64,000 bases of DNA from the human T2T-CHM13v2.0 reference genome, Homo sapiens. Each line of letters begins with the position of its first letter. Position 1 is the stretch's first letter. The notes under the pieces were generated by a model that was not told where the DNA came from, ran no database searches, and saw only the letters and a program-made list of their open reading frames with translations. The translations under genes and the position numbers were made by a program. Below, one piece after another: positions 33,879 through 48,420 of this stretch. The stretch lies in assembly GCF_009914755.1 (NCBI RefSeq), contig NC_060928.1; one strand, given 5' to 3'.

Positions 33879-35802
33879 TTTACTATACCCTTGCTGCAAG
33901 CTTCCATCTGAACAGATTCTTAGCCTATTTTTACACGTGGAAATATAGTACAGCTTGAGATTGTGCAAAACAAAAACCTCGACATTTTTTCACATAAAAT
34001 AATCTTTTTTATGTGTCAGTAAAATTCTTAATTATCTTCATAGTTTTATCTAGTTCATACTTGGTTTTGAATGGAGACTTCAGAAGATTCTACGTGGATA
34101 GGTGTTTACGGAATAATGTAACAGAAAAGGAAACAAGATCTGATTGAAATTGTTGAGTGCCATTTTCTGATCCATTCTGTTTCTGATAATGTGGTCACAT
34201 GCTGCTTTGTAAATTTCTGTTATGTAGAACTAGAATTTAACACTTATAATCGTAAAAGTAATCGCATATTTTCTGCATGAAAAAGATCATCATAACTGCT
34301 GGCTTTTAATCAATATTTATTGAGCCTTCATAGGATGCACTAAAAAGATAGGCTAGGGATTATGTGTTTGAATTACTAATCAGTTGGATAATAAACTTTT
34401 TTGTTATTATTATTATTGTGTGTAAATAATAGAAAATAATGGATTTTAAGAAAAGAAAATAAACTTACAACGCTACTGTAAAAGTATCTGAAAAGCACAC
34501 ACAGAAATTTTGTTTAAATAATTTTGTTGAATGTGTTTCTTCATTTTATTCACAGGTTCTATTCAAGTAGTGAAAAATTATGGCACCAGTATCTGTCATT
34601 TATCACTCCTGGAAGCAGTAAGATGCAACTTCATTTGTTGAAAGTCAGGGATGTACTGGCTCGTTGCTAAATATTAGAGAAATGCACTATGACAACAGCA
34701 TATGAAATGATACAGATATTTCTGTGTTTAACGTGTCTGTTTTCTCATTTTAATTTGTTTTCATCTCAAGAATCTGCCAATATCCCACTCTTCTTTTATT
34801 TCCACACTTTAAATAAAAAAAAAAAAAACAGGACAGAGTGGGAAGAACATTCATGCGTCTTCAAACCACTACTGCTATACCATACTTCATTGTTTCTCAG
34901 GCATGAGTGTTATGACCAAATTTAGGGTCCCCTGGGACTCAGCTTCTATACAATAGGATAATATGAATAAATTTTCCAGCCTCAGTAGTTGTTCTCTACA
35001 AGAGGAAATATGATAATTTTTTCCCTCTGTGACATAGGAAGTCGGATATAATATCATCTATAAAATTATATGATTAATTGAAAATGGATCAGAATGTAAA
35101 AAAAAAAGTCAGTTTATCTCTTTAGGACAGCTACATTTTGATAATAATCATATTTTTGTCACAAATACATTTCAACAATTAGGAATAAAGACCTATAGAG
35201 GATATAGAAAATGTGTGTATTTATTTGTATGTGTGTATATACATATATGTATATATTCTTTATGTGTGTGTATATGTGTGTACGTGTGTAAAATCCTATT
35301 GAGGGTGCTCAAAATACAGTTTAGAAAACATAAAATTAAAATATGAAACAACAGGGTACAATGGCACACAGTATATAAGTAAGCTGGAATATGTTTATTA
35401 ATGGATCCTTCAATCGGAAATAGTCTGCTGTTGTTTCTACTTCCAGTTTTATACATTAATGGATGCCCAGGGTATCCCAATGTCAGTTTTCTTAGACAAA
35501 AGTATTAGTTTGAGAAAACCAAGCGCCATAAATATGTTGTGGAGAGCTAGAATATCCATGACATGTCTACTATATCTCCTATATTATTGTAACGAAAAAA
35601 ATACATTATAATAAAATGTAATCAGAGGAAGTACATTTGTTAATATATAATTATTTATTGACTACTATGTATAACCGTCATTTTAGGCTCAAAGAATGGA
35701 AGAAAAAACAATATTAATGTAATTACTATACTGAAAGTTCATATACTATAACCCTAAAAAGTCAACAAACAAATATTCATATATATAAACAAGGGATAGT
35801 AT

Positions 35803-36305
35803 GCTATTGATCTAGGTCCCCAGAGAAACTGGATTCACCCCAGAGGATTCAAATGAAAGTATTTCAACAAAGAGATCCCTTTCACAGAGATAGTCAGGCT
35901 TAAGGAAACAAGCAAGAGATTGTGAGGTAATCAATAATTAGGAATAGCAGAAAGCCAAAACTATCTGAGGGCTGAATGGACAAAGGAAAGGAAGGGATAC
36001 TGAAGCTCATTGAAAACCAGGACTGTGGAGAAGGGGCTGTAGTCTAAGAAAGACACAGAGACTGCTAGAGATGCTATGCAAAACAATATTCTGACACAAC
36101 AGGCTAATAGTGCTGACAGGAGGGAGCAAAAATGTTTTTTAAAAAAATTAAGAACAAGAACAATAAAAAAAATTTAAAACACCTCTGTCTTCTCTGTGCA
36201 TCCCATCACCTGTAGGTGGTTCCCACTGCCTGAACTTCCAGGAAGCCAGCTAATCAGGAAATAAATTGGGGGAGGTTAACAAATTTGGGCAAGAACACAT
36301 TACCA
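35803..36305 (-). mobile_element. Possible old MaLR LTR (MLT1L/M/N-like)
   Basis: Purine-rich, less AT-rich block with MLT1-like motifs (TTAAGGAAACAAGCAAGAGAT, CCCACTGCCTGAAC..GGAAGCCAG); weak match. Confidence 0.4.
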
Positions 36306-36681
36306 TCAAGAGACAAAGCTATTTCCTGAACAACCTTCGATTTACACAAAAGCTCATTTTTGTAACAATAATGCTTTGTTTCCTCTCTTCAAGTATCCGT
36401 TTATCTAATGAGGCTCCAGCTAGTTTCAATTAATTTTGTAATTGTAACTACTGCTCTCTAACATAGTTTTTATTAATTTGAAAGTAAAAAAAAACATACA
36501 GTCTCAGAGATGACAGTGTGTGCTATTAAATAGAACTTCATGGAATCTAACTATGATAATCAGTTCTTTTTACTATAACCTGTGGCCTATAAAACATTTG
36601 GTTGACAATACAAAAAGAAATCTCTATAATAGAGGCACATATGATTTCAAGAACCAATGATTTTCTGTCACCTAGACAATG

Positions 36682-37140
36682 GTGCTATATCCTTGGGTGC
36701 TGACTAGACTATATTCTGAGGGAAGCCAAATCTGAGTCACAGTTTAGTGTCAGGATGTTTAAGACCCTACTATCAGCACCTGTGGGAAGAAGGGAAAGCA
36801 AACTAGACAGAGCAGGCACGACTGCCTCAGCCAAACCTCCTCAGAAGCTCTGGAGTAGAAATGGCCCATCTAACCTGTCCTGGGCTGAGCAGGAATGAGT
36901 AGCCCTTATAAATGCCTCTTTTTTCCATCTTTCCATCTTTTCTCCTTCCTCCAACCTCAATTAATCGTTAGTTATTTGCCATCCTAACAAGGAGATGGCT
37001 TTGAGCAAGGTATTTCTCAGCAACAGGCCATCCTGAAAGTGTTGATGGCTGAAGGCTCTCATCAGACAGCATTCTTGGAATTAGGACAATATTTCTTCTT
37101 TGAAGGAGCCTCTCCATTGTCCCTCTTCATATTCATCACA
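36682..37140 (-). mobile_element. Old ERVL LTR (LTR33/LTR41-like)
   Basis: TCTGAG..AGTTTAGTGTCAGGATGTTT..CAGCACCTGTGGGAAG..GCCTCAGCCAAAC..AGCTCTGGAG..AATGGCCC. Confidence 0.55.
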
Positions 37141-38456
37141 GATACATTTTCTCCTGAGATATACAAACTAACTTTGGCAATGATTCATTCTTTCCGAACT
37201 TGAATAGATTTATCTTTCTAGAAGTACTGGATCCATATATGCCTGCATATTATTTATGTCCACTTAACCTGTCTCCTTTCTAAACCTTACCTAATTTATT
37301 ACACATATGTCATTCTTTCAGGCAATTTCAAATCAGTTTTTGAATTCTCACTCAAATATAGTTGCCAACTGTAAAAACTCCTCTTTTCTTTCTGCTTTCA
37401 TAAACACCAAAATCAAAGGAAAAAGAGCTTTAAAATTTACTCTTAACCTTCTTCAAAATGCATGGTGGGTTTGTGGTAAATTTGTGATATTTCAGACAGA
37501 ACTTCACTTACTGGCTACAGCAGTTGAAAATGAAGCAGAAGGCTGTTATGATCATTGGACCCTGAAAATCCCATGCACCGTTGTTAAAACAACATGGTTT
37601 CTGTCTTCGGAAAAAGCTTTCACTTTTCTCTCTCTAGCCAGCTAAAACAGAATGTAATTAGGACAGAGAATGGAAATCTAAAGCTCAAACAAAAGGCTGT
37701 ATTGTTATGAAGTTTAAAGGTGAGTTTGTACAAATATCAAAAACTAATTAAGTAGAACAGGTGATATTTAACTACTTTGAGACTTCAAAAAAGGAAAATT
37801 GATTTTTGTCTCATTGGATTAAATTACATTTTCATACTGATTGACACAAAGTGCTTCTGTTACTTCTCTTCCAGACAAGGTAAATACACTAGCTGCTATT
37901 TATTCATGAAACTCCGTCTCTCAAAATTTCAGGGAATGTTATTCTAGCATTTTATTATAGAACAAATATTCTGACAGGTGATGATATTTTGGAAAATAAA
38001 CAGCAATATATACCCAATCACTTCCACTGTGTAATTTAGACCTAAAAAATAAGGCATAGAAGTGGTAGAACATATTCACGGGTCAATGCTTTCTGTCTGA
38101 TATAAATTAAGATCAATCAAATCAATAAAACATAATTAAATTTTGACCATTAATATTTTTGGCAGTCCCAAAACTAAGGTATTGACTAAGTACTGCTAGT
38201 AGTTCAATTATCATTTCATTTACTTCCAGGAAGTTATAAAACGACTAAGAAAAAAAAAGATGTAAGAAGCCCAATAGAACCATTAAGCAACAAGAAAGTT
38301 AAGAAAAGTTTCTTTAGAAAATGGGGCAGGGAAAAGCATGAAAATATGGAAAGAATCTTATTCTGTGAATCACAAAATACTCCCCTCCACCTACAGAAAG
38401 ACACCAGTTTTAAACAATTTGCCTTGCTTTGCTTTGTTTTATAAAGTGAATAATGT

Positions 38457-38849
<393 letters not shown>

Positions 38850-39084
38850 TTAAAAACAAAATAATTGCATGGTCACCGTTCTAGGCTTTTATTGTGTTGA
38901 TAGGAGGCTAAAACAGCGTGGACATTCTAGGGACAGTAAAAGGATTTGTAGAATCTCTGTGGGATCAGATCTGGAGAAGAAATGAAGCACATTTAAAAAC
39001 GAAAAACAAATACAAAAACCAAACACAAAGCCTCATAAAAAGATCAGGGCTATCATAGGGAATTTTATTACTGTATTTTGTATC

Positions 39085-39520
39085 CTCACTTTCCTCCTCA
39101 AACTAAAATTTCAAATGGCTTTCCTTCTTTCCTTAAAATTTAAGAAGCTTAATATTTTCTAAAGGTCTTAAATGATTTTACACCTGATTACTTTTCTGAT
39201 CTTATTTCCTATCATTCTTCAGAATGGCTCATTCTGCTCTAGCCACACCAGAATCATCACAATTCTGTGAATATTCCAAGTATACTCAAAACTCAAGCCC
39301 GTTGCAAAAGCTGTACCTTACATTCCAGATACCCACATAGCTTGCTTGTTATTTCCTTCAGCTCTCTGCTGAAATATCAAGGGGAACTTCCCTGACAACC
39401 CTATATCAAATTTCACCACCCACTGTGATCTGTTTAACCATGCTGTTATTTTTTTCCACAGCTATGGTCACTTTAGTATGGTCATTAAGGAAGTTTCAAT
39501 AAATATATGCTGAATGATTA
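39085..39520 (+). mobile_element. L2 LINE 3' fragment
   Basis: TCAAATGGCTTTCC, TCTGCTCTAGCCACAC, CTTCCCTGACAACCCTAT, TCAATAAATATATGCTGAATGA. Confidence 0.65.
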
Positions 39521-39842
39521 ACTGTATCTCGGTACATCCCTACAAAAATAGTTAGGATAAAATAAACTTTCATTTGTGGGTTATGAAATTGGACATCCTT
39601 TAGGGGATAAAATGAAGCACTTAATAGAGCTCTAAGATAAAGCAGGGTTACAGCTAACAAATGCCTCCATGGTAATTATTGAACTAGTCAGTTACTCTGA
39701 GAGAAGAGAAAAGGATCTCATAGAATTATATCTCTGTGTGAGTGAGGTACAGAGAAAAGAAAATGAGAAATTTCAGATATTTATTATTTAGTAAAATGAT
39801 GGCGATATACTATAAAGGAATTTTGTTAAATTCTCTATGTTG

Positions 39843-40179
<337 letters not shown>

Positions 40180-41149
40180 TCATATGGTTCTGGTGCATGG
40201 CTTTATGGTGATTTGATGTGCCTGAAAGACAGTAAGGGAACCAGATGCCCTATGTAGATAAACAGTTTATCAAAGGTATTCTTCCTCACTGATGAGTTTT
40301 TATAAGGAGCTACAGAGCAAATAATTAGAAGCTTAAAATGCTGGAGAATGTCAAATTTCCTATGTTTAATAAGGAATCATATTTGGCTCATTCCAAACTG
40401 TTTTAAAAACTTCATGGATAAACAAAGCCAAATATTTAATACCTGGCTACATTTACTACTTTTCAAGTCTCTCTCAAAAAGCATTTTTTTTTAAGAAAAA
40501 TAAGAATAAATCTAGTCTTAATATTTTTCTAACTGTAGAGGAATAAACTTTTCCTACAAACATAGAAGACCCTGAGGGAATTCAATATTCTCTTTCAGGT
40601 GACTAACATTTATTCAATAACAGTGGAAATGAGAACCACTAAAAAGAGAGGAGACACTTTGTTCCAGGCCATGCCACTAAATCTTTGGTTCCATTTGTTA
40701 AATAAAGTGAAAAAGCATCTAGTTGTTCTAGACTATTAGTTCTTAAAGAGTACAGTGTTTTAGAACAAATATGTAAAAGGGATTTAATCCACCTCTGAAC
40801 CTGAAATCAGGGATTTCAGGTCCCTCTGAACCTGAAATCAACCTTTTAATGTGAATGTCTCTGTTCTTCATTATTTCTGCATAGATTATATCAAAGTTTA
40901 TTGCACACTTGGTGATTTAAAAACATGTTGAAGGGTTGATTGAATAAGTCAATACATGAATTAGTGTGCTCAGTAGGAAAGAAGCATATTTTAACTTCTG
41001 TTATTCCTATTAATAAGAACATTAAAAAGTAGGGAGACCATTATGTTCTTGTGACAAACTAAAACAGAACTAAACATCTTGAGTTACTTTTCTTGAATTA
41101 AATTAATACAAAAATTTAAAATGATATTTCAAGTTACATTTTTCAAATC

Positions 41150-41270
41150 TTTTAAAAATTATTTTATTGCTTTTTTATTTTTAAGTTCCAGGGTACATGT
41201 GCAGAATGTGCACATTTGTTACATAGGTAAATGTGTGCCATGGTGGTTTGCTGCACCTATCAACCCATCA
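41150..41270 (-). mobile_element. Short L1PA 3'-end fragment (L1PA8-10-like)
   Basis: TTAAGTTCCAGGGTACATGTGCAG..GTTACATAGGTAAATGTGTGCCATGGTGGTTTGCTGCACCTATCAACCCATCA. Confidence 0.85.
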
Positions 41271-41621
41271 AAAGTGAAGTGATCTTCAAATTCCATGTTA
41301 TCGATTTCCCACTATGATTATGTGTCATAGTAGAAAAATTTTAAAGTTGCTAAAGAGTAATCTAAACCAATAATGTTTCGTGAAATATTGTTCACTGGCC
41401 ACTTGTATAATGTACAACTGTGGAGACTTTTAAAAATGGTGAATTTAGTCCCACAGCTGGCATGCTATCAGGACAAAGATTTTTGACAGATTGGGCACAC
41501 AATGTCCATATCAGAGTTGCTTGAAAAATAGAAAAATGATTTTTACTTATCATATGGTTTAATATGGTCATAATGCTTCAACATAGTGTGTGGGAAGAAC
41601 AGAGCACTCTAAGTAAATGCT

Positions 41622-41977
41622 TGTATCAGTACGTTTTCATGCTGCTGATAAAGACGTGTCAGAGACTGTGTAATTTATAAAGAAAAGAGGTTTAATGGAC
41701 TCACAGTTCAACGTGGCTGAGGAGGCCTCACAATCATGGCAGAAGGTGTCACGTCTTACATGGCGGCAGATGAGAGAGAATGAGAATGAAGTGAAAGGGG
41801 CTTCTCCTTATAAAACCATCAGATCTCATGAGAGTTATTCACTATCATGAGAGCAGTATGGGGGAAACCCCTCCATGATTCAATTATCTCCCACCAGGTC
41901 CCTCCCACAAAAAGTGGGAGTTATGGGAGCTACAATTCAAGATGAGATTTGGGTAGGGACACAGCCAAATCATATCA
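41622..41977 (-). mobile_element. THE1 (B/C-like) solo LTR
   Basis: TGTATCAGT..CATGCTGCTGATAAAGAC...CCAAATCATATCA; 356 bp. Confidence 0.9.
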
Positions 41978-42677
41978 GTGTTGCATCCCAGAGTATCATA
42001 GTTTTTCACATCTGGTTGGTTAGAACCTGTCCCATGGCCTCACATAACTTAAAGGTGGTAGAAGAGTATACTTATGCAGGCACTTGGAATAAAAGAAAGT
42101 AACAAAACCACAGAATTCAAATCTCTGAGTAATGGGACTAAAAAGCTATTTTAAATACTTTCAACAAGTTCAATAAGTATGACGAAATTTATAACCACTA
42201 CTCTGATTTAACTTCTGTAAATGTGTTAGAGAGATTTTGATTTGAACTATTACGTTTAATTCCTTTACTCATTTAATTCAATAATGTAATTGAAAATATT
42301 TGGTTCTGATTCAGTTTGTTATGCAAATATAATGCTCTCCTAACTTTTAAAGTTTCTGTGAATGTAACCAAAATTAATATATACCACTTTCCTAGTTCAA
42401 AATGTTTATCATATAACATCAACAAAGCATAGCACTTATTAATATTTTATTCTGCTTATTGACTATCTAAAAAGATGAAGTAAAAAGTAAATGCCAGGGG
42501 AAATACATTCCTGTTTGTGAAGTTTCTGAAAAAGTAAGCTATTTTTGCGCACTGCAGTATTTGATGAAATAGTCATCTCAACTACCACAGCCAGTTGAAA
42601 ATCTCATTCCCTCCATTTGGAGACTTTTACATTTATGTTTACAGAGTTGTCTCAGGAGCTAAAATTAACAAGAAACT

Positions 42678-42718
42678 ATATACACACACACGTACAAACA
42701 CAAAAACATATATATGTA

Positions 42719-42749
<31 letters not shown>

Positions 42750-42754
42750 TATAT
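42678..42754. repeat. Compound (CA)/(TG)/(TA) microsatellite
   Basis: Direct reading of the sequence. Confidence 0.8.
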
Positions 42755-43517
42755 AATTTCTTAAACCTGAATATTAAAACTAAATAGAACTACCAGACAA
42801 TTAGGCTCAATAATAATAAATAGGGTGCTTTGATGATTTAGTGAAATTTGTAAGATAATATAATAGTTATGCTAATAAACAAAAAAATGTGAAACAATCT
42901 TATGCCAATCAAAAATGAGCCTCATCTAAATCTGCCATTGTCTTAGATGACTATGAGAAGAAAATATAGTATGAAACAGATTTTATGTGAATGACCAGAG
43001 GGGATTACAAAACTCTGTGACTTAAGGTGTTTCTCTCTTCTCTGTGAGGGGAACAGCACATCATACTGATTTTTTGATTGAGCCATTTGACAAGCTGGAT
43101 GGCAGGTCACAGCTGAAAAGACAGCTGGTGTTAGGCATTACCCATCACTCATATGCCAAAAAATATTGTGAGCTCAACTTTGCAATGTTCAAGCACATGC
43201 TGATCATGGTCTTTATCTAACATCACATCAGAAAATAGAATAGGGTGTTTTCATCGAGCAAAATTGAGTAAGTCCACATAGCCTATGGGATATTTTGAGT
43301 TATACTGCCATAACCAATAATTTGACCAATGCTGACAATCGATTGAATAATTCAGATACATTTAATTTGAATCAAGAGAGAATATTGAGGTATACAATTT
43401 AATTGATATAGTTACCATAACGATTGTCAATTTTCCGCCTCAGTTTATTACTGTATGTGAGCAATTATAGCTCAGTGAACTCTAATTTCTGAATCATGAA
43501 GATGAATACACATATAC

Positions 43518-43562
43518 AGAAAGAAAGAAAGAAGAAAGAAAAGAAAGGAAGGAAGGAAGGAA
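43518..43562. repeat. (GAAA)n(GGAA)n purine tract
   Basis: Direct reading of the sequence. Confidence 0.85.
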
Positions 43563-45039
43563 TTGGTGTATAATACTATTTTTTACTAAAATGCATAATC
43601 AATTTTATCCTCTACATCTTGCTTGACAGTTTTGGTGTATTACCTGTATTGACTAATCTATTTTCTTACCTATTTTCCCTAATATAGGACAGAATGAAAA
43701 GGATCTTTTAGAGAAAAGCATTGCAAGGGATATTTGATTCCTTTACATAGAGTAGAAGAAAACCATGGTTTATAAAGGATATGAATGTTATTACTTATAA
43801 AGTAGATTTTAAACAATTAAAGTGATTTATTGCAAACTATTTCCTTCTATAGGTTATCCTGAGTGAGGTTTTTCAAGCACAAAGAAAGGGAGAAAGAATG
43901 GATGTTTTTGAAACTTGACATTTCAAATAAATATATAAATAAGATGTCATATATTGTCATACCTTGTCAAAATTAGAATAAATAGAATCCTATTTTATGC
44001 CAGATATGGAGATATAATTTAAATTGCATATGGAGAGAAATATATATTTATCTTTTTATAAGCATTGAATAAAGAATAAATGATTCTTTTTTAACTTACT
44101 ATTATTTACATTTTAATTGCTGTTTAATGCAACTACCAGACATTAATTCTATATTTTATTTATTACACAGAAATACATGCAATCAGTACATATATATTTT
44201 ACTTATTATGCAAATATTGTTGTTTTATATCTGTAACAAAAGGATCCACTTAAATGTGTTGGGTAGATGATAAATTAAAAAATGTACCCAGCTGGGATAG
44301 ACAAATTAAGGTTATAATTAGTAAGAAGTTGATAACATTAATTTCCCATCCATAGCAATTACTAGTACATACTAAAACCATAAGCAGTAATGTTTGATTT
44401 ATAATGTAGTTACTTTAAGAGTCTATTAGAGAAATTAATCAAATCTTTTTTATCACCACAAATCTGGAATATTTTGAAAAGGTGTTAGAATTTTTTATTT
44501 AGTGGTAACACTTTTTTTTTACAGTCACAAGATTTAAAATTAGCTTGTCTCATTCATGCACATTGAAAAAATCCTCCCCTCAGATGATAGCATCAAAGAA
44601 TCAGTCTTTGTGTGTACAGAATAAACGTCAAGGTTAATTTGGGCTGAAATGTGCACAACCCTCATTAATGACTTTCAGGAAAACTTTAATGTGATGGGAT
44701 TTCTTCTGGGCAAGCTGTGCATTGGAAAGGAGGTTTAGAAGTCCTCAGAGACATTTATCTATCTCACTGAATTCCATTCCTATTACTGTAAGAAACCACA
44801 TTATTTTTAAACCTCCTTACTAACTTTGATACTCACCCAAAATGAGGAAAACATTTAGTGATAATGTGAGTAGACAACAAATAGTATTTATTTTAAAAAT
44901 ACTAGCAACTACTTGAAGTGTTTTTTTTCTATTAAAGCTAGTGTTTTTGTTGTTATTACAGAATTTATATATTCCCTGCTGCACTGTCATATTGAAACTA
45001 CAGAGGCAAATAGTAATGCAAATTTTTAACTTTAAAAAA

Positions 45040-46280
45040 AATTAAAAATTTAACTTAAAAAAAAATAAAGAAGATTTAACTACAGAAAATTTCCAAGAAA
45101 ATACCAAAATCTCCCAAATACACTTCATTCATTAAGGTTTTCCTATTGTAAATGTTTTGCACATTTGAATTATTATTTTCTCCTGCTTTCTCTCTCATCC
45201 TCACATTTGTGTTTATATAAAAATACATATACAGTCTCACACATATATATGATTAAGAACCATTTGAGAATAACTTGGAAACATGAAACTTTTCTTTTAA
45301 AAACATCCGTGTATATTTCTTAAGACAGAAGCATTATTTATATAATTATAATAAAACTATCAAAGCCAGGAAATTTGACATTGATGTATTAACATGATCC
45401 AACATACAGCTTTACTCAAATTTTGCCAATTTTGCCCCAAATTTTTCTCCTAGAACTTTCTGATCCAAGATCAACACAAGGATACACATTGCATTTACTT
45501 TTTATGTCTTTTTTTGTCCTTTTTCAATCTGAATTGATTTTTCAGTCATTCTTTGTCTTTCAAAACTTAAAAATTTTTAAGACCATATGCTTGTTTTTGG
45601 AGAATGCCTCTCAGTTTGTGTTTGTCTGATGGTTCATTAGCTTTTGGCTTTGGATATGCATTTTGGACAGTAATATTATATAAATATTCATCTTCAGTGC
45701 AATACATCAGGAGGCATATGATAATCATTTGTCTCCTATTAGCTATGTAAACTTTGAACACTTGTTTAAATGGTAATCTCCAAATTTCTCTCTGTAAAGT
45801 AACTATTGTTACTTGCATAATAACTAAGTAATTTGAAGGGTGGTTATTTTTTGATAATGTAAATAACCTGCCCATTATCAAAATTTCATTCATTAGTTTT
45901 AACATGTATTTTTGCCATAATCTGTTGTTGCTATGATTTTTGCATAATGGCAATTATTTATTCCATATGTATCAATTGTTAGTCTGTTGTAAAAAATATA
46001 TTATCCTTCTTTTCTATTTATTTTTTATGTCTTGCCCAATGCATTTTACTTAATTTGGTGAATTAAAATCTATTACTATCATTATTTATGTTTATTCCCA
46101 AATTATTCCAGTTTAATCAATGTGAACTCATTCAAATGTCTTCTTTAAATTTTTGACACATCTTTATCAGTTTTGTATACTTTATTTTTCTGTCACAAAA
46201 AGATATTCCAATCTTATATAAAGTACTTCTTTTCTTCCCCAGCCCTGCAACCATCCATTTCTCTAAGAAGCAATGATTCT
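45040..46280 (-). mobile_element. Old L1 3'UTR (L1MC4/5-like)
   Basis: AACCATTTGAGAATAA, CAGGAAATTTGACATTGAT, GGATACACATTGCATTTA, CCCCAGCCCTGCAACCATCCATTTCTCTAAG. Confidence 0.7.
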
Positions 46281-47285
46281 ATATATTAAAATATTCAGAA
46301 AATGATTTGTTCAAGTAGTGTAATTTTAAAATTATTTTTAAAAATTCAAATTTATATAATTTAGAAAATTTGAGGGACATAATATTACATATGTTTGTCA
46401 ACACAAAAATATAATTTAACCTTGGGAAATATAAAATATATACTATTTTATTATAAAGCAAGATTTTTTTAACACAATGTGATTTAGAAAACTATATATA
46501 ATACACTATTAAAAATAATAATGTTTTCTCAAATGTACTGACTAGTAATACCACAGTGAAAGGTAACATAATTTCCCAGGTAAATTTGGAAAAATAAAAG
46601 AAATATTCAGAGTTAAGAACAACAGTAAAAATATTATTTAATTAGGGCTATTTATATCCCACCAAGGGAATCCCAGAAACTTGACACTTAGGCAGTTCAC
46701 AACCTCATCTTATCTAGGTATATCATATTATAGTCAAACTCAAGTCTATATCACTTACCTTAGTACTTGAAATATGCTAAGTATGTGCTAATTCACACTT
46801 AATGAATAAATAAAGAACTCATGTTATAAAGGTAAAATGGGTAGCTAAAAATGAATAAAGAATTAGAGAAAAAATTTAGCCACTTCTCAGAAAGATTTCC
46901 ACCTTCGTTGAGGAGGTGCTATGACAAAACAAATTTGAAGTAGATGCTTAGTCTCAAAGGGCAGACTAATCTTATATTTTGTATTCAAAAAGGAAATTAT
47001 TCTCAGAAATAGGAAGAATATAACACAATTCTTGGTAAGGAGAAAAAGTTGGTCATGATGGATAACGTGAAATATATGGCCTCAACATAAAGTACTTGAA
47101 AATCAAATAACAAAAAACGTATTATATTTGTGTTGGCATACAAAGTTGTTTGTGAGGAAGGACTAAAATTTTATCTGGTTGGAAAATAGGGAGGAAGTCA
47201 GCATTGATTAAAGATGTTTTACAACAAGAATTCATAAAGCATTAGAGCATAAGATAGATTTCAGAAGAGCAAATATTTCAATGTG

Positions 47286-47646
47286 TGGATTAGTCCGTTC
47301 TTACACTGCTATAAAGAAACTACCAGAGACTGGGTAATTTATGAACAAAGGAGGTTTAATTGACTCACAGTTCCACATGGCTGAGGAGGCCTCAGGAAAC
47401 TAATCATGGTGGAACGGGAAGCAGACATCTTCACAAGGCAGCGGGAGAGAGAGACAAGAGTGAGACAGGAACTGCCAAACCCTTATAAAGCCATCAGATC
47501 TCGTGAAAACTCACTCACTATCACGAGAACAGCATAGGGGAAACTGTCTCCATGATCCAATCACCTCCCACCAGGTTTCTTCCTCAATACTTGCAGATTA
47601 TAATCAAGTTAAGATTTGGGTCAGGACACATAGACAAATCATATCA
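47286..47646 (-). mobile_element. MSTA-like solo LTR
   Basis: TGGATTAGTCCGTTCTTACACTGCTATAAAG...AAATCATATCA; 5-bp TSD ATGTG/GTGTG. Confidence 0.9.
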
Positions 47647-47789
47647 GTGTGTTTGTAGTTTTGGGCACTAGGATACACTGGAAAGCTGGATTGATTTGAA
47701 TTTTACCCTGTCATTTATTCAGCTGATAACTTTTACTGGGTCTTTGATTCTAAAAACTTTCATTAATTGTATTTCCCATTGTAAGAACT

Positions 47790-48420
47790 GGAAACTTTTT
47801 GAGTCCTGTAAAATCGTTTTAACCAGTCAGTTTATTCTTGAACCTATCCATCTTCTGCAACACCTTGCCAAAACAGTCATTAGTAGCCAGCAAACACTAC
47901 CAAATGTTATATTTTCTAACTATTCCCTTAGAGCTGTCAGACAATCAAAAACATTTTTCCACCTCCAAAATTATTGCAGATGATAGGTTTAACAAATGCT
48001 ATGCCACTGAATAGCATGGATCACAAAGTTTCTAGCCTGTGGTATTACTTTCCTAGGTACATGTTGCCTAAATGCTAAGCCATTGTTAAATATTTTAGTT
48101 TTTGGTCAAAATAGTACCCTTATTTTATATCAATTTCTTCACCAATCAAGATAGTCTAAACTATGTTTCACAGGGATCTGGATACCTCAATATTTTCTCT
48201 CTAAGATGTAACATTTCTTCCCTTTAAGTATTGCAGATAGGACAAAGAACGAAGACGTGGAAGATCACGTAAGACCTTTTAGAATCTAGCTCAAGGATTG
48301 GTGTACACCATTTCTTTTCACATACCGTGGAGCAGCAATACTCACAGAAATATTTATATAGCAAATAGGGAAAAAATGTCCTGTTATTCTTAAGAGAAAA
48401 TGAAAAACTATTTGGTGACC
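47790..48420 (-). mobile_element. Possible MLT1 internal fragment plus partial LTR
   Basis: AGTACCCTTATTTTATATCAATTTCT resembles an MLT1 internal/LTR junction; upstream CCACCTCCAAAATTATTGCAG..GCCACTGAATAGCATGG. Confidence 0.45.
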
